DNA from: Salisapilia sapeloensis CBS 127946
Lineage: Eukaryota; Protista; Oomycota
Assembly (NCBI GenBank): GCA_023334545.1
Contig: JAADVB010000137.1
Span: 1 to 50,145, forward strand
Reading direction: 5' to 3'
DNA: 50,145 nucleotides
Part shown: positions 21,401 to 31,477 of the stretch, piece after piece
How the letters are laid out: each line of letters opens with the position of its first letter
Numbering within the stretch: the stretch's first letter is position 1
Made by a program: the position numbers and the translations under genes
Notes under the pieces: generated by a model
Seen by the model: the letters and a program-made list of their open reading frames with translations, nothing else
Database searches by the model: none
What the model was told of the DNA's origin: nothing

Positions 21401-23363
21401 AGCTGAAGTGGATGAACGAGTGTCGTACTGGAGTCATCGATCGCAGCAGCTGGAAGGAGAGATGCTGTCGCTGAAAGAAGAGAAGTGTGGGGTGGAGAGC
21501 AGACTAGAACAGGCTCTGGAAGACAACCAGAGTCTTCGGGAGAAACTGGGTGGACTTGAAAAGCGAGAGGATGCATTAAGTCTACTGAAACGATGTCAGG
21601 AGGTGTGGGAGGAAGTGGGCGTGACGGAAGCTGATCAGCAGCAGAAGTTTCAAGACATCAACGCTGTGCTTGTACAAAAGTGTAGCGAAGAGCTGGAAGG
21701 GCTTCAAGTGGCTCGCGAGCAGCTGCAGAGACGTTTGCAGGAAGGATTGACGATCGTGTCTCGACTGGAAGCAGCGTTGGAAGTAGAAGACGTTTTTGAG
21801 GTAGGACAAGCTCCGTTGCTGGAGCTGGAGAAGCAGGCTCGACGTAAACAGAGCGAACTGGAGGAAGAGGTTTGGAAACGTCTGCATCGACGTGTGCGTA
21901 GTCAGAAGAATGCTGCGGCGTTGATGATGACCATGGAGATCACTCAAGCAGCAGACTTTCGTAGCTCAGCTCCGAACGACTTGGACCTGACACTATTGGA
22001 AGATGAGGCTGTTGTCAAATGGGAAGAGAAGCTTCAGAATGGAGACGCGTCGTCTGTTTTAGTAGATCTGACGGATGCAATGGCGAGTGAGTTCCGAAAG
22101 TTGATCGGATCGAGCTGTTTGGATCAAGTTGAGAGGATGCGCAAGTGTTTGCTGGATGAGAAAGCGTATAGGCTAAGGATACTGGACGACTTGCTGTTTG
22201 ACGTAAGAGAAAAGATGCGATCTCTTGGGTTGCGCCAGTCGGACATGACTTCGCTCATGATTAAACTCTTTCCAGATGAAACCAAAGTCAAGGAATGGGT
22301 GTTGGGTGTCGTGGAGAAGAGCAGTAGTGTTGATGTCACATCAGCAACTTTGGATGCGTTCAGTCATGTAGTAGATAGCTTAGAACATATCATCTCTGGA
22401 CGGAAGGAAGCAAAGAAGGTGGTTAGTGAGATGTTGAACAAGGCGAGTGGAGCGGAGATGGATGTGGACAAGTACGCTTGTCCGCTAATGGTGGAGAATG
22501 AGGCAGTGGATGCAAAGGAGATGAAGCGATGTAAGGAACAGGTGGAGAGTATTGCGAGTGGCGTCGAGTCTGGTGCGAGGATGCTGCTGTATTCACTGTC
22601 AGAAGACTTTGCAGCGTTCGGCATGGATACTTTGCCTCAGCGAATGAGCTTTTTGCTGGGCAGGGAAGAATATGACGAGGATAGTACGAAGCGAAAGGTG
22701 TTGAACAAGTACATGCATGTGATCCAGTCGGACGTGGACGCTCCCATAACTGACGCAGTAGTCTCTTGTCCTTCCTTGCTGTCGGCATTCGATCCACTAC
22801 AGAACGACATTGGTAGCTATTTATCGAAAGAGTACTTGGAGTTGCAAGTCCAGAAGTTGGAGCAAGGAGCGATGGATATGCAGGTGTTGGAGGAGATCCG
22901 TCAGAACGCCCAAACCCGACTGCAGTCTTTACAACAGATCATGCGTTTGTTCCATGAAGCATCTGCCTACAAGAGCAAGATCGAGGAGTTCCAGTCTCAG
23001 ACCAAGAGCAAGGATCGGTTGTTTGGGTCGTCCTTGCGGCTGCTGGAAGAGGAAAAGTTCCGAAAAGCAGCCGCGAAAAAGTATCCTGCTCTGATCCGAC
23101 AGCTAAAGCAGGAAGTGGCCAAGTGGGTGCAGGACGATGAGGAAGAATTTGACTTGAGAGTGCTGGGTAGTGACTTGCAGCAGTTGCTGGAAGACATGAT
23201 GAATGCGAATACTGGGCTGATGCATTTGGATCTGGGCGTAGTGGACACCAAAAGTCGTAAGGGTGGAACGAGAGAACCACAGATGGTGAGACAAGGACAC
23301 AGCGATACGGACAGACTGACGTCGAGACAGTCAAGGTCGAATACACCTCGAGCCAAACCATGA
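18500..23363 (+). CDS. Kinesin-4 (KIF4/KIF21-like) motor fused to a C-terminal PRC1/Ase1/MAP65-like domain, ~1508 aa
   Basis: Proposed exons 18500-18705, 18840-18877, 18969-20821, 20879-20917 and 20973-23363 (4527 nt, phases consistent). Motor motifs VRVALRVRP, FT-FDHVF, YGQTGSGKTFT, SSRSHA, DLAGSERLKKTGAEGDRMKEG and LLQDALGGNSRT. C-terminal half carries CQEVWEEVGV and SKDRLFGSSLRLLEEEKFRKAAAKKYPALIRQLKQEVAKW. Confidence 0.82.
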
Positions 23364-23865
23364 GCGTACAAGTAGAATAAGAACTGATCAATAGCATATA
23401 CAATTGGCATTCACGTTGTCTTGATCTTTGTCGACTTCGTTCGCGGTACAACGTCGGACCAGAAACAGCTACAAAAGTGTCAAGTAGCATTATTGAGAAG
23501 CATCCGATATAGACGAAGAAAGCATGCTCGTATGATGCGTGGCACGTACGCACGAAAATGAATCGAATATTTAAAGTGGATAACGGTAAGGTGTTTTATA
23601 CATCCGACATATCCGCTTCCTGCAAGAAGGGTGCGATGCAATGCTTGCTGACTCAACAAAGCATCTCGTATGTGGTGATTGCGTCTACACTTCCTATATC
23701 GCGCCCACATCTGCATATTGGAGATAAGACACTTGCAAAGCATTGCAAGCAGAGAAACCACATGCCTGTATTCGCAGCCATTTTATCGCATCGAAAGCGT
23801 TCGGTAGGTCTCTTGCTCTGCGTTATAAAAACTCGTCACTTTCGTCTTTGAAGTCACATTGTCAA

Positions 23866-24993
23866 ATGACCTCCCTCTTAGGACCGACGAACAACATGGG
23901 CGGAGACATTGCCATCTATCTCGCAGTTGCGATCGCGTTGATCCTTGCTTGCACCGTGATTATGCTCTGGTGTCGTCGACGCTACCTTCGACAGCTGAAT
24001 TTCGACCCAAGTAGCTCAAAATACAATGCTCCACCTGCATCCGTAGTCGGCGCGGAAGACTTAGCTCGTTACCAAATCGACACCAGCCAGATTCATCTAC
24101 TCACCCAGTTTAACTCCAAAACTCACGGACTCGTTTGGGCAGCGAACTATGTCCATGAACTCGTCGTCGTGAAGCCATTGCAATTGCAAAAGTATGATGC
24201 AAATGCACGACGGAAAGTATTGGATCGTGTCACACAGCTCGCTTTGATATCTCATATCAAGGTCGTACAATTCATCGGCGTTTCTTGGACCACCGAGCTA
24301 GATTTCCACATCATTCTGGAACATGTGCCTCGAGGCGACATCGAAAGCTGTCTGTCGTTTACTCATGCAAACGCACTTGCGACCGAATGGGGTGAGCGGA
24401 AACTTCGGATTGCTAGCGACATTGCAGAGGCACTCGCCCACCTTCACTCGCTCAAGCCGCGCATTTACCATACGAACTTGAGGGCTCGCAACATTCTCAT
24501 CGACCACTCCTGGGGTGCAAAGATATCTATGTTCAGCTTCCAAAATTCCAACGACCAGATCTTGTCTCATCTTGACGGCAGCAGCCGATGGATAGCGCCA
24601 GAAATGCTAACTGCAAATGCGTCGAGCGAAAGCATGGCGAGTACAGCTGTTGATGTCTACGCATTTGGAGCAGTGATGCTAGAGCTTGACTCGCATGACG
24701 TTCCGTTCTATGATGCCTTATCTTCAACTGGGAAACCTCTCAGTGAGCGCGAGATGCGAGATCTACTTTCCAAGGGTTCATTGCAACCTTCGATCTGTGA
24801 AACGTGTCCGCCTGAACTGGCAGAGCTCATTGCCGATTGCCTTCAAGTTGATCCCACGAAACGACCTAGTGCACCTCGACTCGCGCATGATATTCGACAG
24901 TTGGTTGAAACCGTGCATGACAAGAGTTTGGTCAATGTCAGCGAGGTCAGTCTCATTAATTCCTTCACTGGGGAAACTGTATCTCAGCTATAG
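23866..24993 (+). CDS. Single-pass TKL-family protein kinase-like protein, probable pseudokinase, ~375 aa
   Basis: N-terminal TM (IAIYLAVAIALILACTVIMLW) followed by RRR. Kinase fold landmarks VVVK, VQFIGVSW, IAEALAHLHS, WIAPE, DVYAFG and DCLQVDPTKRP, but HRD is HTN and DFG is MFS. Confidence 0.85.
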   Translation: MTSLLGPTNNMGGDIAIYLAVAIALILACTVIMLWCRRRYLRQLNFDPSSSKYNAPPASVVGAEDLARYQIDTSQIHLLTQFNSKTHGLVWAANYVHELVVVKPLQLQKYDANARRKVLDRVTQLALISHIKVVQFIGVSWTTELDFHIILEHVPRGDIESCLSFTHANALATEWGERKLRIASDIAEALAHLHSLKPRIYHTNLRARNILIDHSWGAKISMFSFQNSNDQILSHLDGSSRWIAPEMLTANASSESMASTAVDVYAFGAVMLELDSHDVPFYDALSSTGKPLSEREMRDLLSKGSLQPSICETCPPELAELIADCLQVDPTKRPSAPRLAHDIRQLVETVHDKSLVNVSEVSLINSFTGETVSQL

Positions 24994-25196
24994 ATGGTGT
25001 ATTTAAAACAAGCGTGAACAGCTACATGTTGTGTACCGAAAGCTACAACTCGTTATAGTCGAGTCTAGCTTTGTAAGCCCATTGTGGGCAAGGTGATTCG
25101 CCTTTACTAGTAAATAAAGATTGAATCACGCAAAGTATTAATGTTAATGGCGATCATACTACATGTTAATATGTTAACTCTCGCAGTTGATGCAAT

Positions 25197-27089
25197 TTAT
25201 GTTGAAGGGCAATACTTCTCCATCCAGACGAACTGGAAACTAAAGTCGATTCCTACGGTGTAATCAGTATGATAGAAGGAATATAAATAAAGCATTATGC
25301 GCCATCTCGACTTACCTGAATGCTCGACAGTAAAGAGGAGTATATACGGTATCCACATGATCATCTTTCCTTGCACTTGTTTCGCTTGCTTTTCCAGTAC
25401 AAACGCAAGCAAGTATACTGGTGAACAGCCGAATTGATGCTTAAGCGTGAAATGCAGACAAAGAAAGGATAAAAATTCCAGAAGCGAGTACAAGAGTAAG
25501 TTGGCACTCGTCTGCTCGAGCTCTTCGTTCGACATGTTCTTCGAGTGAGCATAATAGATGGAATTGTGGAGTTTACTCAGTATTGTGAGGTACGTGATGT
25601 ACAGGACAGGGACAATGCACTCGACAGCCTCGACAAGCATGAGAAATTCGCTTCGAAAGAATAGCTTCAGGGTCCTAATCACGCGTTGCGTATTTACTTC
25701 ATCGGCCTTTGACTGTATCGGTTTTGTAGCTTTGGATTGTACACTTTTCGACGAAGGAGAAGTTGGCATGGCAGGACGGGGTACTATTGCATTGGCTCTC
25801 TTTGATCTTATGTACTCGTTTCTATTTGTCTTTTGCAAACTGGGGGCAGGGGCTTCGTGAAGTGTAGACCCTAGAGAAATTGACTTTCGAAGTGCTTGAA
25901 TTGAAAACCGGGAAGTTAGTTGTCTAACCATGTACCCAACACTTATGCGAAGGTGTGATGGCCATTCGACAATGAGTGTTGAAAACATTCGGACCTGGGA
26001 CGCTGCTAAGCCCGCTTTAAAACCTGGTTGCTGAACTAAGACAATTGCCTCTTTCAGAAGCGTTAATTGACGTGACCGATGTTGAGATTTGACCTCTGGT
26101 ACATCAGGATAATCTTTTAAAGAGAGATGGAGCTGGTACACTGCACCAAATGATTGAACTGCGTCGATAGTGATAATAATGAATACTGTGTAAATCGAAG
26201 TAGCATTCTGCATGCAGATTGCGACAGATAGACAGGTAAACAGGTCGATAGACATGACCGTTATTTCCGGAATTTTATCTTCAGCATTTGATGCGGCAAG
26301 CGCGATTGCATTCTTGGCAGCGATCTTCAGAATTGGAAACGTCATTACCCATAGTGTTTGCTGCGCATGACTCAGTACTCGAAATACAGCTACAAATCCC
26401 GAAAAGATAAGGACAAAGTTGGCTTGCACAGTTAGAACGGTCATTTGCTTTTTGATGCCGTCTAAAAGTCCTGGTGTAGAGGTGATTTTCTCGTAGCCTA
26501 CCGCCACGATGAACGTTACCGTTCCAACGAGATTAAATGGAATTACAGCAAGCACAGAACCAAAAGGTGTAGGAAAACACCATACTGCAGCGGTAGCCAC
26601 ATACATTGCTGTACATGTCACTGCCATTATAATACACAATAACAGCATTCGTGGGTATGGCAGGTAGAAGTTCGGTATTAGCCCATCTACTTGAGAATAA
26701 GCGCCCACAGCGCCTATGAACATGGTAAGCATCGCCCGAATCCAATAGTGTGTATTTCCGTCCCAATCAAGCTCTGGTGATTGCAACGGAATAGACTCTA
26801 TACCCACCGCCAGAAGTAGTGCCGGTACTGGCGTTAAAGTCGTAACTAGTAACACTCGCATAGGCGAAGTCTCTTCGGCATACTTGCTAAACTGCACAAG
26901 TCGATCAACAGAATAAGCTCCACGATGGCTAACGTTCGCCTTGTTCCATAGCTTCCAAAGTGAATGGAAGACTTGGCTGAAGAATGATAGTATTTGTCTA
27001 TCGATACAATTTCGCGAGGATACAGGTATCATTGTATCCACCGGACTAGATTCCGCAGCCTTTTCTTTTGCTTCGGTACTAGATTCCAT
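25197..27089 (-). CDS. Oomycete-type multi-pass membrane protein of unknown function, ~609 aa
   Basis: Exons 27089-25316 and 25252-25197 (63-nt GT-AG intron). About 10 hydrophobic segments. YSVDRL, PLQSP..W..N, YLLAFVLE and terminal GIDFSFQFVW resemble an expanded unannotated oomycete family as recalled. Confidence 0.75.
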   Translation of the reverse strand: MESSTEAKEKAAESSPVDTMIPVSSRNCIDRQILSFFSQVFHSLWKLWNKANVSHRGAYSVDRLVQFSKYAEETSPMRVLLVTTLTPVPALLLAVGIESIPLQSPELDWDGNTHYWIRAMLTMFIGAVGAYSQVDGLIPNFYLPYPRMLLLCIIMAVTCTAMYVATAAVWCFPTPFGSVLAVIPFNLVGTVTFIVAVGYEKITSTPGLLDGIKKQMTVLTVQANFVLIFSGFVAVFRVLSHAQQTLWVMTFPILKIAAKNAIALAASNAEDKIPEITVMSIDLFTCLSVAICMQNATSIYTVFIIITIDAVQSFGAVYQLHLSLKDYPDVPEVKSQHRSRQLTLLKEAIVLVQQPGFKAGLAASQVRMFSTLIVEWPSHLRISVGYMVRQLTSRFSIQALRKSISLGSTLHEAPAPSLQKTNRNEYIRSKRANAIVPRPAMPTSPSSKSVQSKATKPIQSKADEVNTQRVIRTLKLFFRSEFLMLVEAVECIVPVLYITYLTILSKLHNSIYYAHSKNMSNEELEQTSANLLLYSLLEFLSFLCLHFTLKHQFGCSPVYLLAFVLEKQAKQVQGKMIMWIPYILLFTVEHSGKSRWRIMLYLYSFYHTDYTVGIDFSFQFVWMEKYCPST

Positions 27090-27394
27090 CGTAGTTTGTT
27101 GTCTGGTAACACTTACTGGACGCAACCTGTCGTAAGAATATTTATACAAGATAGGTTTGTGCTGCTTAAATTAGATAGCACCCCTCGAAGCTACTCGACT
27201 TCAATACAACTTCAATATGGGATTTCGTAATCACATATTGGATTTTATTACTTTTCGCTACAGAATGCCCTTCTTTTTTGAACTTGAAGTATGACTGGAC
27301 AGACGGGCTGACACAAGTGGCCAGTCTTTGCATCGTGTCGAGGCCGAAAGAAGACTGCGAGCTCGTTACATTCTCTCGTTTCTATTCTATCCTC

Positions 27395-28666
27395 ATGGCT
27401 TCACAGGGAGACTCGTCCGTCGTGGGCGAAAATATATCATCATCGTCGGCTATCGACGACATGGACAATAGTACGACTCCAATGAATAGCGCGACCACTG
27501 ACACTGGGTCGGCGTTAGACGACACTGAGGATGGCATTCCTGGAGGAATAAATGCAGTGCCAAACAAGTCAACGGAGTCTGCTGTGGATAAATCATCAAC
27601 AGGCGACTCGTGCCTCTGGCATGACGCTGACTGGTGCCACCAACCACGTTCGTGCCGAGCGTGCCTCAATGTGAACTTGGGTGATAACAACAAGGTATAG
27701 ACGATACCACACATTCTCGTATAAAGCTCATAGAGTGGTGTGTAGTGCATGGTGGATCCCGTAGGCGCTTGCATCCCAGCGCGACCGAGTTCATCCTTAC
27801 CAAAGATCCAGTCCTCTCGCTTTGAAAACAGCTCGATGAACTACTACCGGTCGCAAGACTTTAAATACTGCGGTCTGGACGATTCGATTTGCAAGGACTG
27901 GAAAAAGCGTTGGCGTGCGGCCAATGATGGAGATGGAGAGGACGGCTATCACCTGGATGATGATGATCAGTGGCAAGAGGGAAGTAACTCGTCCGACCGC
28001 ATCGTCCATAGCGACATGCCGTCCTATGTCGTAGGCGACGATGGAGAGTGCCTGTGTATTCGAGCATGCGAAGAAGCAGAGTGGAAGAGTCACGTCATCA
28101 ATAGCCAATGTATCAAAATGGCGGATGCATACTCTGGCTTGGGTGTCATGACCATGGTCGGTCTGTCCATGGCAACAGTCGTGGTGCTCTTCGTCAGTGT
28201 CTTCCTCTTCCGAGTGTTCCAGAGGCGTCGCATGATGAACGAAAATGCAAGACAGGTCAACCGACGAGATCCTCAGATGGTCGCGCAACGTCGTCAGGCC
28301 ACACGACGACCTCGTCGGGAGAGTGCTGCACAGCCGATGGATCTCGAGGGATGGAAATCGTTCCGAGAGAGGTTGATTCAAAACGAAAGGACGCAGATTG
28401 CGCAGGGAGAAGAGGATAAAGGGACGCTGAGTACGATGCACGCTCCTTCGGTTGTGGTCGAGGACGGAGTTGGGTACCGTCCGGCATCGCCGAGTGAACT
28501 GAACCAACGTGGACCAGCGGACCTTCACATTTCTCCTCATGCGGTGGATGAGGTGGAGAGTTCGAGGGAGTCAACCAACGAACGTGAGCCAACGAATAAC
28601 CATGTATCTCTGGATGCAGTAGAAGAAGCGGAGACTCCGAGGGAAACGACCTACCAACGTGTTTAA
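27395..28666 (+). CDS. Single-pass membrane protein with one Cys-rich extracellular module (paralogue of 38718-40089), ~406 aa
   Basis: Exons 27395-27694 and 27746-28666 (51-nt intron joins NNK-CMVDP). Cys module CLW..WCHQPRSCRACLN..C..C..YCGLDDSIC..ECLCIRACE, TM, then cytoplasmic DLEGWKSFRERLIQNE. Confidence 0.8.
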
Positions 28667-29412
28667 ACCTTTGGTAGGCCTGTATCTGGCTGTCGGGAGG
28701 CAGTCGTGTGTATAAAGGCTGGAAGCATTGCGTTAATAATCTTTTGCTTGTTGAAGATTATGGGTCTCGAGTTGAAAGGTTCTATTAAGTATGCACAGAC
28801 TAGAGGTTGAGGTAGCGACATGCTCGTTTCTGCTATCCATCTTTCAAGTCGAAGGACTTTGCTTATCATGTCGATATTGTCATTGTGTTTATAAGTCTAG
28901 CTTATATAGTACACGCCTAGACTATCATCTTGCTCGTTGTAAGCATCACACAACTTATAGTCGATGATTTTTGCCTAGTGGTAACCTCGATGGAGGCCAG
29001 TTTGGTTGTCAGGTTAAGCGTGTTTGATCGAATAAGGTTGATAAGACGAGTATTATTTCCTCCTCCTTTATAGCTGGCAAACTTAATCTACATTGGAACT
29101 GTAGCATGGCCCTATCTTGTTTGTTACATTTTGAAAGAAGACGATCCAAATTAAGTACCATCTTCAGTTCCTATCTCTTTCAGAAATCTTAGGATGCTGT
29201 TTATCTAGAGAAGGGTTGATGAGACTAGCATACTTTTATCGCCTAGGTCAGAACTAGCATCCTGATCTATTTATACGGTAGCATGACAGTGGATTCATAC
29301 CCTGCATGTAAAGAAAGATAATCTTAGCTTAGGACTACTAGGGTTTCTTATCTCTTTTAATAGGCCTGGTAGCGTTCATTTCCTTCTTCGACAGCAACTT
29401 CAAACCCCCTTG

Positions 29413-30964
29413 ATGGGCACAAAGGTGATGGATACCAGCACTGCCATTGAAGTGATTGAGCCTTCCAAATCTCCTCCTGATAAATCCTTGGCTGTAGACA
29501 ATCCAAGTGCCGCTAGCCGAGATGTGCCCTTTGCCTACATCTTTATGCTCAACGTGATTGTGATGGTCTTCTTTGCTTCTTCATTAGGCGTGCCGGCGCT
29601 AATGAAACAGTTCGATTCCAAATCCTTGGACGAAGCAACATTTGAATCGACAGTGGAAACCACCCACAATGTGGAAATTCAGGTTAATTACGAAGGACTT
29701 GTGGGCTTGATGGTCGTCATCCTGATTTGCTCCGTCATCTTCGCCATCCTCTGGCTCAAGCTGCTTTTGCACTTCTCCAACAGCATCATCTACATCGCTA
29801 TATTTTCGGGCATCGGATGCTTTGCTGCGTCTGCAGGCGCGTGTTTTATTGAGGGTGTCCCAGCTCCTGGCGTACTTATCTCCTTCATGTGCGCAGGTTT
29901 GTGTGCATACGCGTGGTGCATTAGGGACGGCATACCTTTTGCAGCAGCGACGTTGAAGGTTTCATGTGCAGCTGTGGTTGCTTTGCCGAACATTTTCCTC
30001 GTTTCAATTCTCGTGTTGGCCAAGTCAGCGTTGTGGACACTCATTTGGGGTGTTGCTGTCATTGGAATGGCTTCTACAGCATCCCCGAACAATGAAACAG
30101 AATGCCCAGAAGGTCAGTGTAAAAATAGTGGCACGCCCATCCTAGCGTTACTCTGGTTGAGTTACTACTGGGGACAGCAAGTTTGTCAAAACATCGGGAC
30201 GTGCTCTATCGCGGGTGCAGTTGGATCCTGGTGGTTCCAACCTGAAGCTCAAAATCCGACGAAAAATGCACTCAAGCGCTCGTTGACAAAATCCTTTGGC
30301 TCCATTTGCATCGGCTCGCTCATTATTGCCATTATTCAGATGTTGAAAAAAGTTCTTGGTGGCGGTAGAAACGGCAATGGCGGTGTCGTGCAATCTATTC
30401 TTGGATGCTTCTGCGCTGCAGGTTTAAATATCATTGAGTACCTCAACGACTATTCCTACGTGTACATTGCTCTGTACGGAAGCAGTTTCCGCGAAAGTGG
30501 TGCCGCCGTTTACAATCTGTTTAAGTCACGCGGGATTAGTGTTGCTGTTAATGACTCGGTAATCAGCTTTGCGCTATCGTTTGTCAGTTTCGGCATTGGT
30601 AAGCGCATATCTTTCTTCGACCATATTAGCATCTTTGCTCATATCATTTATAGGCTTGCTTACGGGCGGATGTGGTGTCGCTCTGGTTTTCATGACGCCT
30701 CTATCCTGGTACGATAACAACGAACTTATCCAGACTTTGGCTGTGGTCGCCATGGGAATCTTTGGCCTTCTCGTCGGCTTCGTTATGTCGAAGCTTGTGT
30801 GCAATGTCATCGATACAGCGACAAATACCGTCCTCGTTTGCTTCCTCGAAGACCCGGCAGCGTTCAAAGCAAATCACCTTGAGCTATATGAACACCTTGT
30901 TGGAGCATGGAAAGAGTATAAGCCGGAAGCACTAAACACAGCATTTAAAGGAGAATTGTCCTAA
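29413..30964 (+). CDS. Choline transporter-like (CTL/SLC44/PNS1) protein, ~498 aa
   Basis: Exons 29413-30598 and 30654-30964 (55-nt intron). Motifs SFGSICIGSLIIAIIQ, YLNDYSYVYIALYGSSF and TVLVCFLEDP. Confidence 0.88.
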
Positions 30965-30979
30965 GAGAGAGAGAGAGAG
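30964..30979 (+). repeat. (AG)8 microsatellite at the CTL stop codon
   Basis: ctaagagagagagagagagg at 30961-30980. Confidence 0.8.
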
Positions 30980-31477
30980 GTAGCTGTACAAGCTGGAACT
31001 TGGAACATCTTGATCGCTAAAATGAATGCAACACAAGACGAAATTTAATGATTCAAGTTGGGCAGTAAATGCCAGTTGCGTTATATCGCTCAACCGTTCT
31101 TCACGCACATCCTCTTATGATATTTATAGAGATGGAGTTTCATCTGAACGATTATGCCCCGCTAGATTATTATTTGGGCTCTTTGCATAGATAAGGTTGA
31201 CCTTGGCACTATCATAAACACATTCCATTGCTAACGAGATGGAGGAATCTAAAGAAAGCAAGACGAGTGAAGCGTATGTTCCTATTCCAGTCACTCTTTT
31301 CATCGTAGCTTGAAAATGTTTTGAAATTGTATATATAGGAAGAGGCCGGTGAAAGCGCCGCCTTCATCAGCACCGCCAAAGCGTGCTCCGATGGCACCTC
31401 CAAAGGTATTCTATAGCTTGCTGTAATCAAAAGTGACTGAATTGAATTGTATCGAATGCTAATGACTATACCTGTTA

